64,000 nt of DNA from Heteronotia binoei (lineage: Eukaryota): NCBI RefSeq assembly GCF_032191835.1, contig NC_083223.1:62806001-62870000 (forward strand). The letters run 5' to 3'. Shown piece after piece: positions 1-11,590 of this stretch. Numbering within the stretch: position 1 is the first letter of the stretch; each line of letters opens with the position of its first letter. Below the pieces are notes generated by a model. That model ran no database searches and had not been told where the DNA came from. It was given only the letters and a program-made list of their open reading frames with translations. Made by a program: the position numbers and the translations under genes.

Positions 1-2099
1 AGATCTTTGTGGAACACAGATCAATTCTTTGAGAAGACTCTTCCGAAACATCATCATAACAAGCAATACCACCAAGGAAGAAATAACCCTAAGTGGATCT
101 TCACACACTGTAGGCAATGCAGGTTGAGTTGGGAGTCCTCACCTTATGTCCTCAGTCATGTGACTAGCAGGCTCCCTCTAGTTCCTGTGCATATAACAGC
201 AACTGCAGTGTACATTAAAAAGTGGCTTCAGCCCTCATCATTTTCACAACCTGAAATAATCAAAGGGGTGCTATTTGGCCAGTTGGTAGAGCTCACAACT
301 GTATGAATGCATTTTCTCAACAGGCCAAATAGCATGCCCCCCAGAACCACTGCTTGTTGGGAAAACAGTGCAGGTGGCAAGGCCAAAGTCCCTTCTCCAT
401 TTACATCTCAGTTACAGTCCCAACCAAGAACCATGTGTATAGTAACAATGGAGAATCTGTCAGTCATGTGTTACATAAGACACATTTTCCAGTGCCTTTT
501 ACAGAACAGGCAGGCCTCTCCGAGTGTATACCTAAGTGATATATCATGGTGTGTAAGAATTGCAAAAACATAATAATTTCAGTATTGGACTTCTGGAAAT
601 ATGGCGCAGTGACACAGTGCACTAAATTGAGTGTCCTCTACTAGTGCACTGATTACTAGTCTTAGAGGGGACTCCTTGACAGGGGTACCCCCAAAAAGAG
701 AATTGGTAAGACTCTCTATAGCTAAGGGAGTTGGTTGGAATGCGGGAGGGTAGATGGAGATCCCCCCTCCAAGTTTCTAACCCATCCTGTGCCGAGGCTA
801 GTAAACGCTTCTTGTGACTCAATTGGGTCTCCGGAGCTTGGAGGAGTGAGAATGCAGAAATTACATCAACCTGCATTAACCCTAACAGAGAAGGGTTTAT
901 TGTTTTTGTGGAAGGAAAAAGATCTGCATACCTAACCATGTGAGCAATGGCAAGGAGAGAGCTGGTGGAGGAAGGGAGCTAAGGTGGAGAGACATGATGG
1001 CAGAGGCGACAGCGGCACTGCGGAGGCGGTGAAGAGGGAGCCGAGGTGGAGAAACGCGGCGGCGATGCGGCTGCAGCGGTGGAGAGGGAGCAGACTGCGA
1101 AGAGATGGGAAGTGGCATGCTGACAGAGAAGAAGAAGGTGAACAGGGCATGGAGACGGTGAGCGGAATGTGGAGGGGGAGGAACGGAGAGAGAATGAAGA
1201 GACGGTGGAATAGCGGTGAGATAGTTAAACAGAGAAGAGACTGAGATAGAGCTTTTGCCAGGAAAGACTGGAATAAATTGAAAGAGGAAGTTGAAAGGAG
1301 GACATTGGGAGATTGGTTGAAGTGAAGGAGAATAGAAGGTTGAAGGTAGTGCGTGGAAAGTGAGAGTCGCAATTTTGGTGAAATTAAAGGGGGAAGAGGC
1401 GGTTCTTAGCGAGAACGCGGCTGCCTCTTCCTTAAAGAAAGGGTTGTGAACTACTGCTGACTAAACTGGAGAAGAGAAGATTGGTGAGATTGTTGGAGGG
1501 GGAAACCATGGGTTGACTTGAGCTGTATTTTGGATTGGGAGGGGTGGTGCAAAATCGATTGACTGAGTGGTTTAAACTAACGAAGAGTACTACTGACTGT
1601 GTTGCAGGGGTTTATGGGAAGAAGAAGCAGGAAGCAGGAAGAAAGGAGAAGGAAGACGGAAGGACAGTATTATATTGTTATAGATGCTCTAGAGACAAAG
1701 CTTGTTGCCTGGGAGGAGGAAGTAAGACAGAAACATTTAAAGGGGAATCTAACAAAACCCAGTGGATGCTTTGAGTTTTATTAATTTCAACTAATCTGTA
1801 TTGAATGAATTGATTAAGTTTAGATTGTGTTTGTGATTGAATTAATTAATTTGTGATTTAGGATTTAATTAATGTTAATTGAACCATTGATTGGAAATAA
1901 TGATTAGAATAAGGTTTAAATGAATTAATAAGCGAATAGAAGGAACAAAATTGAATAGAGCTGACTTAAACTGATAGGAGTGATTAAAGTGTCCAGGGAA
2001 GTTATATATACAAGAAAGTAAAAAAGTATTGGGAAATTTAGTGTACATAGAACACATATCTATTGATAAGAATAAAACAGGGTAAGAGAGAGAAGGAAA

Positions 2100-3047
2100 A
2101 TGGAGGGGGGGGGGAGATTAAAAAAATTCAGACAAGGAGCCTCACCAGGGGTAAACAAGTCTGTTGCCACAGCAATAAGCCAAGATGCCATTGAAAATTT
2201 ACAGAATATGATGATGGCAGGCTTCAAACAAAATCAAGATACATTAGAGGGAATTAAAGTGGAGCTCAAAGAAGAAATAAGAAAGACTAATGAAAAAGTC
2301 AATGAATTTCAAAAGCAATTGTTAATTAACAGTCAACAAACCCACAAGTTATCAGGTAAAGTGGAAAAATTGGATGAGAAAATGATAACCATGTCTGCTA
2401 CACTACAAGAATGGAAAGATAAATGTAGAGAGATTGATGACAGAACTATTAAATTAGAAATGGAGGTTCCAGAATGTCCCAGAGGAAAAGGCAGAAGATA
2501 TACCCAGAAAAATTAATGAGCTCCTAGCGTCAAGTGTAGAGGCGGTGTTAAAGGACATCAAACAAAAGATTGATTGAGTGGCCTCATCCTATACTAAGAA
2601 CTCAAATTTGCTGAGGGAAATCCACATAAAATTTATGAAAGTTTTAACTTGTGAAGCCCTTTTAAGAACTACAAAGGAGTGGAACTGGTTTGGAAAGAAA
2701 ACAAAATTAAAATCTTAAAAGAAGTTCCCTGGAGTATGAGTCAGAGAAGAAATAGATACAAGAAATTAACAGCCTGGTTGATGGAAAATGATATTCAATT
2801 CAGATGGCAAATACCAGAAGGTGTTCTCTTTACCTTTCAGGAAAAAAGGTTTAATCTGAACTCAGTACATAAAGCACAAGATTTTTTGGATCATTATGCA
2901 GAAGTTAATAGACAATCATCGGAGTCTGAGGAAGAAGGAGAATGTGAATATGAGGAAGAAGAGGATAGTGGGAAAGTAGGAAAGAGAAAAAAAGAAAAAG
3001 AAAAAGAGGGAGAAGATGAAAATGAGATCCCAAACCCAAAAGGATAA
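2100..3047 (+). pseudogene. L1 ORF1p (coiled coil, RRM, CTD), frameshifted
   Basis: Heptad-rich LEGIKVELKEEIRKTNEKV... and C-terminal IQFRWQIPEGVLFTFQEKRFNLNSVHKAQDFL, followed by an acidic/basic tail. Confidence 0.8.
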
Positions 3048-3083
3048 AGAAATTATGTTAGATAGAAATAATCAGAAGAAATA

Positions 3084-3540
3084 ATGGATAGGGAAGGATT
3101 AAAAATAACATCGGTTAACATTAACGACCTGAATGCGCCCCAGAAAAGGAAAAAGATTTTTCTACAATTGAAAAAATTACAAGCTGATGTAATATATTTG
3201 AAAGAAACACATATTATACAGAAGAATGTAAAATATTTACAAAACAAGAAATTAGGAAAATTGTATACAGCATCAGATCAAGTGAAAAAGAGAGGGGTTG
3301 CAATCTATGTTAAGGATAAGATTGAATCCCAATTATTGTATGCGGCAGAGGATGGCAGAGTGCTCCTGGTTGAAATTATACATAATGACAAAAAAAAGTG
3401 CTGTTAGCTAATATTTACAAAAAATGAAAAACAAGAGAAATTTTACAAGACTATATATGATAAATTTGTTGGATTGGACTATCAAGAACATTGTATCATA
3501 GGTGATTTTAATGCTGTATTTGATACGGAATTAGACCAAT
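3084..3540 (+). pseudogene. L1 ORF2 APE endonuclease N-terminus, truncated
   Basis: ITSVNINDLN, YLKETH, KKRGVAI, DGRVLLV and IIGDFNAV motifs. Confidence 0.88.
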
Positions 3541-3769
3541 CTTGGGCGACTGCTCTGATAGCGGCCATTTGGTTGCCAGGACATCTGTGACTTCATCTTC
3601 TTTCTGCAGTTCAGCAGGGCAGGCAGTTCAGCTTGCTTTCAGTGTTTGGCTTTTCCTCACACCATGTGGGGTGGCTCTCACTCCTTTAGTAACTGCCCCA
3701 GAGTCCAGCCACATAAGGGCCAAAAGAGGCAGGACACGGGTGGAGGTAATTACCAAGCTGGAATAGGGG

Positions 3770-4330
3770 CCCTGTCCGATAAAGGTGGGACCTCTTTCTC
3801 CCTGTCCAGCTGGCTGCAGGAGTTGTTGGAGTCCTTTAATGGGATTTCATTTCGGAGGGAAAACATGAAACTTGAAGCAGAGCTTCAGGTCATGTCTGAT
3901 GCTGCTGGGTCTTTAGGTTTTGAGGTTTATTTTCGCAGACATTGATGCACAGATATATGGCCAGATTCATGGGTTCAGGCGGGTGTGAACCGAGATCTTA
4001 TGTTTCTTGAGTTCTTTCCCATTCTCGTTGCTGTTTGGTTGTGGGGGAGTTATATGGCCAATCGCACAATTCATTTTTGGTGTGATAACATGGCAGTGGC
4101 ACATATCACTAATTCCCTTTCATCCAAATCTCAACGGGTTATGAAATAGGTGTGGGCCTTCACTCTGCGTTGTCTGCGGCTTAACGTACTGTTTTTAGCC
4201 AAGTATGTTCCTAGGGTGAATAATGGAGTGGCTGACACTCTCTCTCATGAACAGATGGAGAGATGTCATCAGCTGGCCCCAGAAGCCGATAGAGAGCCAG
4301 CACAAATGCTCCCGGAGCTGTAGCTAATTG
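3770..4330 (+). pseudogene. Ngaro pol remnant: RT almost entirely deleted, RNase H retained
   Basis: GPCPIK start jumps directly to ESFNGISF...SDAAGSLGF. No YxDD motif in between. Confidence 0.75.
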
Positions 4331-5030
4331 GAGAGCAAAAGGCCTAGCCACAGCACACAGTACCAGGAAGTCTTGGGTTAGGGGTAGGGTATTGCATTGT
4401 TGGGCCCCTCCCAGTGGAGCAGTTGCTCCACTACTGTGTTTCTTTAAAAGGTAAGGGATTGGCTGTGCGATCCATCCAAGCTCTGGCTTTTGCTAGTATG
4501 ATGTTGGGGTATAAAGAAGAAACCATAGACTTTCATCTGCGGAAGATGCTGGAGGGCTGGGCTAGAGAGGCCAGGCCTAATCCTGATGCTAGGAGGTCTG
4601 TTTCCACTTTGATTCTTAGGGGCTTGAGGGGGGTTTGGGCACAGTGTGTGCATTCTATTTTGAATCCACCCTGTTTCATGCTGCTTCCCTGGTTGCCTTC
4701 TGTGGGGTGCTCAGAGTCAGTGAGCTAGTTGCATGCTCCTGAAATGATGTTTCTGGTAGTACTTTGTTGCCACAGGCCCTGAGGTTGGTGGAGAGTAAGG
4801 CGGTCATTACTGTTCGATGCTCTAAGACTGACTGGCGTCACAAGGGAACCATTTTGGAGCTTGGCACATACTCTGAGCAGGACTTGTGTCCTGTTTCCGC
4901 TTTGGCTGCCTATTTGGCAGCACGCAGTCCTAGGGATGGAATTTTGTTTTGTCACCTCAACAGCAGTTTGCTGACAAAACATCAGTTTTGGGTTGTGACT
5001 TCTCAGGCTTTAGCTAAACTACCTTAACTC
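4330..5030 (+). pseudogene. Ngaro tyrosine recombinase, decayed, C-terminal catalytic segment deleted
   Basis: LAVRSIQALAFASMMLG, MLEGWARE, SKTDWRHKG, CPVSAL and LLTKHQFW motifs. The HSFRIG segment is absent. Confidence 0.8.
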
Positions 5031-5120
5031 CCTAACTTAATCCCTAACTTTGTGTGGTTTGTAACATGAATTTTATGGTTATTGTTTCTTGTTTCTTGTT
5101 TAACTGTTTTTTCTTTTTAG

Positions 5121-5745
5121 ATGCTGTTGTTCCTGGCCAGAGGAGCTGAGTTCTCATCTGTGGACACAGTTATGTGTTTGGGGCTGCACATCAGGCTCGG
5201 AGAACTTTGGTCGGCTCTTTGCTGGGACTCAGCCAATGGGTCACTATTGAATGGCATGGTTACAAGGGTCTTCATTGGCCTGGCCTGCTGCCATTGTTAT
5301 TCTACAGGAATGCTGGCCCTCCTCCCCAAGTCCTAGTTATTCACCTGTGTGGGAATGATCTCAGGCTAGTAAAAGGCAAGGTGTTGGCCTTGCAGGCCAG
5401 GGATGATTTTAGGGACCATTATAATATGGCCTGGGACCATTATAATATGGCCTGGGACCATTACAATATGGCCAGATATGATTCCCCGCCTTGTTTGCCG
5501 TAGTGTTTGGGACCCTGCAGGCATCGAGAGGGCCCGTCACAAGACTAGTAAGGAGATTAGGAAACCCTTAGTAGGGGGGGCGGGTTGGGCCACTACCTGC
5601 CCCATCTGGATATTTCTCTTAAGTTCTCTTACCTCTACGGAGGGGATGGGGGCATCTCTCTGAAAAGGGTAATATGCTTTTCTTGAGAGACCTTCGGCAA
5701 GGGCTGTGGGTGGCATTGGGCCTTCTGGTGGGTGCTAAGGCCTAA
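5121..5745 (+). pseudogene. SGNH/GDSL hydrolase ORF of Ngaro copy 1
   Basis: ICGHSYV (block I), HLCGNDL (block III) and a DGxH-like block V. Preceded by a splice acceptor ttctttttag at 5119-5120. Confidence 0.82.
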
Positions 5746-5766
5746 GCAGAGGCTTGTCCTTAGTGG

Positions 5767-6516
5767 TGGCAGGTTTTACTGTGTTTACAGTACTATGCGG
5801 CTAGGGGAGGACCAGAAAGCATCCCCTCTTGGGGGGTTAGGGGTCTGTCAGGATCAACCTTGGAGTTTGATGACCTGGGTTGGGAGAATGCAGACCGTCC
5901 TTTAAGGCTTGACTGGAGGGGGCATTCCATTGAGATGTGCATCTGGTGGTTGGACCCTCTGGGCTTGCCCTCTTGCTGGGCTGGTCTGGCGGGAGCTGTG
6001 CCACACAGCTCCGGCTGGGGGCCGGATCCCTCGCCCGTTGAATTGCAGGGGAGGGGTCTGTTGACTGTACTGTGCGTCTAGTGGACGGACCCTCTGGGGC
6101 TTGCCTTCTTGCTGAGCTGGCCTGGAGGGAGCTGTGAAGTACCGCTTCGGCTGGGGGCCGGGTCCCTCGCCCGTTGAATGGCAGGGGAGGTGTCTGTTGA
6201 GACCCCTGGTTCTGACCAGGCCGCAGTTTCAGTACTGGAGAGTGCCTTCCATTGAGATGTGCGTCTAGTGGACAGACCCTCTGGGGATTGCCTTCTTGCT
6301 GAGCTGACCTGGCAGGAGCTGTGAAGTACAGCTTTGGCTGGGGGCTGGGTCCCTCGACTGTGGAATGGCAGGGGAGGTGTCTGTTGAGACCCCTGGCCCT
6401 GACCAAGACACAGTTTCAGTTAGCCCTTGCTGTTTGTTACTTATACTTTAATAAAGTGGTCCTTAGTTATACCCAATACCTTGTGTCTGACTCTTTAATC
6501 CGATTTGGGGGACAAT
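5767..6516 (+). repeat. Ngaro repeat B1 with three tandem GC-rich units (about 135-190 bp)
   Basis: Near-identical to 6888-7402 plus 8839-8942. Has AATAAA near the end and terminates gggggacaat. Confidence 0.88.
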
Positions 6517-6887
6517 TCATCTCTAGCAGCCAGCAGCATCGCTGCTTGACTGCAGGGATGTCTTTGCCTTCCTGGAAGGAAAAGGGAGGACTTCTGCTGC
6601 CCGTTTGGGTGCAATTCTGAGGGGGCGGAGCTTGCTGCTGTAACAGCAGCACCATCCGCCCCCTACCTCAGTCTTTGACAAATGATCGGCCCTCCCTCCC
6701 ACCCTGTTTGTTATGTAGGCAAGCGCTGGTCGCCTCATAGGATTGGGGGACCGGGTAGGAATTTTTTGCTCCTCAGCTGATTGGAAGTTTGCTGCGGGTG
6801 TTTTTTCGCCTACCCTACATAGCAGTTCAGTGGGTTGCAGATTTGGCTATAGGGAGGCGCTGTTAAATAGGTTGGTCACTTTAGATT
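6517..6887 (+). repeat. Ngaro repeat A2
   Basis: Unique segment sandwiched between B1 and B2. Structurally analogous to the 5' end of copy 2 (ttgcc.tcc...aagg..gagg; ctcagtctt). Confidence 0.7.
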
Positions 6888-8942
6888 TGGCAGGTTTTAC
6901 TGTGCTTTTGGTACTGTGCAGCTAGGGGAGGACCAGAAAGCATCCCCTCTTGAGGGGTTAGGAGTCTGGCAGGATCAACCTTGGGGTTTGATGACCCGGA
7001 GTGGGAGAATGAAGACCATCCTTTAAGGCTCAACTGGAGGGGGCCTTCCATTGAGACGTGCATCTGGCGGTTGGACCCTCTGGGGCTTGCCTTCTTGCTG
7101 GGCTGGGCTGGCCTGGCGGGAGCTGTGCCACACAGCTCTGGCTGGGAGCCAGGTCCCTCGCCGTTGAATGGCGGGGGAGGGGTCTGTTGAGACCCCTGGC
7201 CCTGACCAGGCCGCAGTTTTGGTACTGGAGGGTGCCTTCCATTGAGATGTGCATCTAGTGGACAGACCCTCTGGGGATTGCCTTCTTGCTGAGCTGACCT
7301 GGCAGGAGCTGTGAAGTACAGCTTCGGCTGGGGGATGGGTCCCTCGACTGTGGAATGGCAGGGGAGGTGTCTGTTGAGACCCCTGGCCCTGACCAAGACA
7401 CACCAAGGCAACTGGATCGAGGCGGTGTGGCAGTGCTGATGTTATTAGATCTGTCGGCTGCATTTGACACAGTCGACCATCAGCTGCTGATCCACCGCCT
7501 CACCGACATAGGGGTAGGGGGTTGGCCTTACAATGGCTTTCCTCCTTCCTCATGGGTCGGGGACAAAGGGTGGCAATTGGGGGTGAACGATCCCAGAGGC
7601 GCACACTAGATTGTGGGGTGCCTCAGGGAGCAGTTCTCTCCCCGATGTTATTTAACATCTATATGTGCCCCCTTGCCCAGATTGTCCGGAGGTTTGGGCT
7701 GGGTTGCCATCAATATGCAGATGACACCCAGCTCTATCTGCTAATGGACGGCCGGCCCGCCTCTGCCCCGGGGAGCCTAGATCAGGCCCTGCAGGCTGTT
7801 GCAACATGGCTTAGGCTGAGTGGGCTGAAGCTGAACCCAGCGAAGACAGAGGTTCTCTGTGTGGGTCGTGGCGCTCTGGGGAAGGAAATATCTCTCCCAA
7901 CCTTTGACGGTGCGCCGCTGAAGGCGGCGCAGCGGGTAAAGAGCTTGGGTGTTTTACTGGAGCCTTCATTATCAATGGAGGCCCAGATAACAGCCACTGC
8001 CAAGTCAGCATTTTTTCATCTGAAGCGGGCGAGGCAGTTGGCCCCTTTCCTAGAGCGCCGGGACCTAGCAACGGTGATCCATGCGACGGTCACCTCAAGA
8101 TTGGGCTACTGTAACGCCCTCTACATGGGGCTGCCTCTGTGCCGGACCCGGAGATTGCAGCTAGTGCAGAACGCGGCGGCCAGGCTGCTGCTTGGCCTCC
8201 CAAGATGGGAGCATATACGGCCGGGGCTACGCAAACTGCACTGGCTGCCGATTGTATACCGGGTCCAGTACAAAGTGCTGGTGATTACCTTTAAAGCCCT
8301 ATATGGCTGAGGACCGACCTACCTGAGGGACCGTCTCTCCCCGTATGAGCCCCAGAGAGCACTGAGGTCAGTAGGTAAAAACAGATTGACCACCCCTGGG
8401 CCAAAAGAAGTTAAACTTCGGACTACCTATGCACGGGCCTTCTCTACCGCGGCCCCATGCTTGTGGAATCAACTCCCAGAGGAGGTGCGGGCCCTGCGGA
8501 ACCTTGATCAGTTCCGCAGGGCCTGCAAGACCACCCTTTTCAAACAGGCATTCATGAACGGCTGACCAAGCCCACAAAGAAACATCAAAATGGTCCAATC
8601 TGGAGATCCGCCATCATTACATAAATTGACAGGCATAGCGTCGATCAATAACGGTACTGCCAGATTTAACTTAATGTTTTTAGACTCAGTAACTGTTTTA
8701 ACTAATGTATTAATCGGTTTGGGGTTAATTTAATGTTTTGTTAAATGTATTGTTATTTTGCTGTTGTTAGCTGCCCTGAGCCTGCTTGGCGGGGGAGGGC
8801 GGGATATAAATAAAATTTTACTTACTTACTTACTTACACTTTCTGTTAGCCTTTGCCATTTGTTACTTATACTTTAATAAAGGGGCCCTTAGTTATACCC
8901 AATACCTTGCGTCTGACTCTTTATTCCAACTTGGGGGGCAAT
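6888..8942 (+). repeat. Ngaro repeat B2 (two tandem units), split by an L2 insertion
   Basis: Matches B1 up to gaccaagacaca (7402), resumes at about 8839 and ends ggggggcaat. Confidence 0.88.
7403..8836 (+). mobile_element. L2 LINE, 5'-truncated, with (CTTA)n tail
   Basis: LLDLSAAFDTVDH, GVPQGAVLSP and YADDTQL motifs. L2-type 3' end gccctgagcc...gggcgggatataaat. Confidence 0.93.
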
Positions 8943-9718
8943 ACCTTGACCACCTTTCTATGGATCATGGATCAGTTTCTAGTGTGGCAACATAATAATT
9001 TGGCTGGAATCTTGATAAGCAGCAAAGATGTGTTGAAAAAGATATTTGAAAGATGTGTTTTCAAAGATATTTGAAAAATTTGGAAGAAGTTCTTCAAAGT
9101 CTTTAATTCATAAGGGTTGTTGTTTTTCAAGACCAGGTTAAATATTTGGGTCATGACATTAAAAAACTGCTGTTAATCTCCCCTCAGAAGGAAAAATGTT
9201 CAGGTGATCTTAGATTACCTAAACATGCAGATATTTCAGAACTGCATTCATTTTTTGCTATACATGGTTCATTATCAATATCTAATATAATTTAGCCACT
9301 GTATGACTTTTTTTGTTCAAGAACAAGCCTGAATCTGCTCTTGTTGGTTTGTTAGCTTGTTAGCAGACTTTTCAGGTAAGCAATGAGATTTTCAAAAGCA
9401 CCTCTACTTCTCCGCACTTTCATTGCTTGTTACCACTGATACAAAAATGTGATGCTTCATTCGTGTCAGTAGGGGAAGTTATTTCTCATGTCATTTTAGA
9501 TTGGTCAGACCAGCCAATATCTCATGCATCAGAGTCACTGTCCAAGGCAAAATCTGGCTGTAGCTTTGACTTTTGAGATGGGAAATTTCATGAGTATTTC
9601 TATGGTCAGCTGATCATAACCACTGGTTTGTACTCTGGTATCAGAGTCACTTGTTGTAGCACTGGCCTCTGGTTCTGAATTCCAATTGATGTGGCTTTGT
9701 TTTCAAATTCCCTGCACA

Positions 9719-10068
9719 TAGGGTTCCCAGCCTCCCACTGGGGACAGTGGTTCCCCCAGTTTGGGACTCCCAACCCACTGGCACGAAGCTAGCCTGTGGG
9801 GGGACACCCAACCCCAAAGAGCTCCATCACGCCCAACATGCCCAGCATGATAACATCACTCAGAAGTGATGTCATCATGCCAGGCACATTGTGAAGAGGG
9901 TTGCTCTAGCAATTTCGGAAAAAAATTTACCCAAATTGCTAGAGCATCCCCATGTTTCATGCCCAGCATGGTGATATCACTTCCAGGTAGCAGTGCATCA
10001 AGCACACTGAGTGCTTGAGAAACTCCTCCCCACCCCCACCAGGAGCCAGGTAAGACCTGGCAGCCCTA
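9719..10068. mobile_element. hAT-type MITE
   Basis: TIRs tagggttccca / tggcagcccta. 8-bp TSD cctgcaca / cctgaaca. Confidence 0.85.
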
Positions 10069-11185
10069 CCTGAACAGCTTGCAAATGCAGTTGCATACTC
10101 ACTTGGCTCTACAAGAAAGGACATCTCATGTCATGCAGCATAAATACTCTACAATTTCCTGTCAGCCAAGGATGTTGCAGACACTACTGATGCACATCCC
10201 CATCCTGAATATATTGTGTAAATAGGTTAAAGAGGGCTGGGGCTGACTGGCTTATATGACAGTATTCACTTTAGGTGGTCTTAGGGACACATTCTACCAA
10301 CTTTCTCCTTTAGCCCCCTGAAGGAGAGAGGGACAAGGAGACATATGAAAGGAGATGATATGAAGAAAAAAACGTTCAAGAGCTGAAAGTCTGCCCAAAC
10401 CCTGTTTCCAAATCAAAAGACAGGGCGGATCTCTGACACTAGTAGGAACTTCTCCCCCATGCGAGATCCAAAATGGAAATTTGTCTCCCACTCAAGAGGA
10501 AATCAATACTATCATATGTGTAGACTGATGTTGATTAAGTTACAACAATGAAAACATTTCAATATTAGATAAATATGTAAGCCATTGCTACTGAATTGGT
10601 TCAGCACAGCGCATCAGGGACAGAAAGACATTTGGAAGCAGCCAGCCACTCATCTTAACATGAAGTTCCTTCACTGCATAGTGATGTAAAAAAAAAGGAC
10701 CAACATGATACAGCCTCTACAGAATCAGAACAAGTATTGTGTTTATTCTGGCTTAAAATGTATTAGGCAGCTGGGCTCAATTGACAAACTATAATCAATC
10801 ATGTACTAATTAGGACAGCAATCACTACTGAAAAAACGAACAGCTGAGATTGATTACTGAACATTTTAGTAGCAATTGCATGAGGAAAAAAACTCCAAGT
10901 ACGTTCTGCTCATGCCACAGGACCTTTTCTGCTCAACCCCTCCCTTTTTTAACAAAGAGATCTTTGAACCTACCTAAAATCCATTCCTTGAATGGCACAG
11001 GATTTTTCAGAAGGCAGACTATGAGTACAATACAGAGGCACAGAGGAGGTGGAGATCACACAGCATTATACTGGCAGTGTGGCTAGTGCTTCATATTCTC
11101 TGGATACAAGTAACAGAATTTTAAAATAAATATACTTTCAGTAGTCATGCCCAGAACCTTTCACTATGGACCAATCCATTAATAT

Positions 11186-11250
11186 GTTGTACTCCGTCCG
11201 GAGCCCTACGGGGAATGGGCGGAATAGAAATATACTAAAATAAATATATA
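11186..11250 (+). mobile_element. Short L2-type 3' end
   Basis: ccgtccggagccctacggggaatgggcggaatagaaat followed by a TAAA-rich tail. Confidence 0.5.
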
Positions 11251-11369
11251 AATACTAAAAACAAGAATCCCCAAAGAACCTCAAAAGATCATAGCGTCCT
11301 CTTGAATGAATTCCAAGATAAACTGGAATACACACTGTGTGAACAAATGTACATTGTGTGACTATAGGC

Positions 11370-11590
11370 CAGGGGTGGCCAAACTTGCTTAACATAAGAG
11401 TCACATAGAATAAATGTCAGATGTTTGAGAGCCACAAGACCTGAATGTCAGATGTTGGAGGGAGGGAAGACAGGAAGGGAGCCAGGCAGGCAGGCAGGAA
11501 GGAAGGAAGGGAACATGGGGAAGGAGAAAGGAGAGAGAAATGGAAAAAAGCAACTTTAATTTTAAATATCTTCTCCAAGCCAGATAATAT
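11370..11590. mobile_element. hAT (Charlie-like) MITE fragment
   Basis: Left TIR caggggtggccaaact. The right end is not found. Confidence 0.55.

Larger units (their letters stand above)
587..3540 (+). mobile_element. L1-clade LINE, 5' part only (about 1.5 kb 5'UTR, ORF1, start of ORF2), 3'-truncated at a junction with a Ngaro element
   Basis: Begins ggacttctggaaatatggcg (ETS-like plus YY1-like start). Contains a coiled-coil ORF1 and APE endonuclease motifs. The 5' boundary is approximate. Confidence 0.8.
3541..8942 (+). mobile_element. Ngaro-type (DIRS order) tyrosine-recombinase retrotransposon, copy 1: 5'-deleted, with split direct repeats B1-A2-B2
   Basis: Gag C-terminus, RNase H (SDAAGSLGF, WCDNMAV, HxPRVNNxxADxLS), YR (TVRCSKTDWRHKG) and SGNH ORF, then B1 5767-6516, A2 6517-6887 and B2 6888-8942 (interrupted by an L2). 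Confidence 0.88.

Noticed and set aside
1551-1561. 11-mer AAAATCGATTG shared between the L1 and L2 5'UTRs
   Set aside because: About one such match is expected by chance when two 1.5-kb sequences are compared.
5990-6060. HDV-like or hammerhead ribozyme in the Ngaro B tandem unit (tccctcgc loop)
   Set aside because: P3/L3 pairing and P1/P2 partners do not fit, and there is no CUGANGA/GAAA core.
5837-7463. Long ORFs across the Ngaro B repeats
   Set aside because: By-product of GC-rich tandem repeats; the frames are not conserved between B1 and B2.
8943-9160. Remainder of the upstream L1 ORF2 after the Ngaro element
   Set aside because: No convincing L1 motifs in any frame; treated as host sequence.
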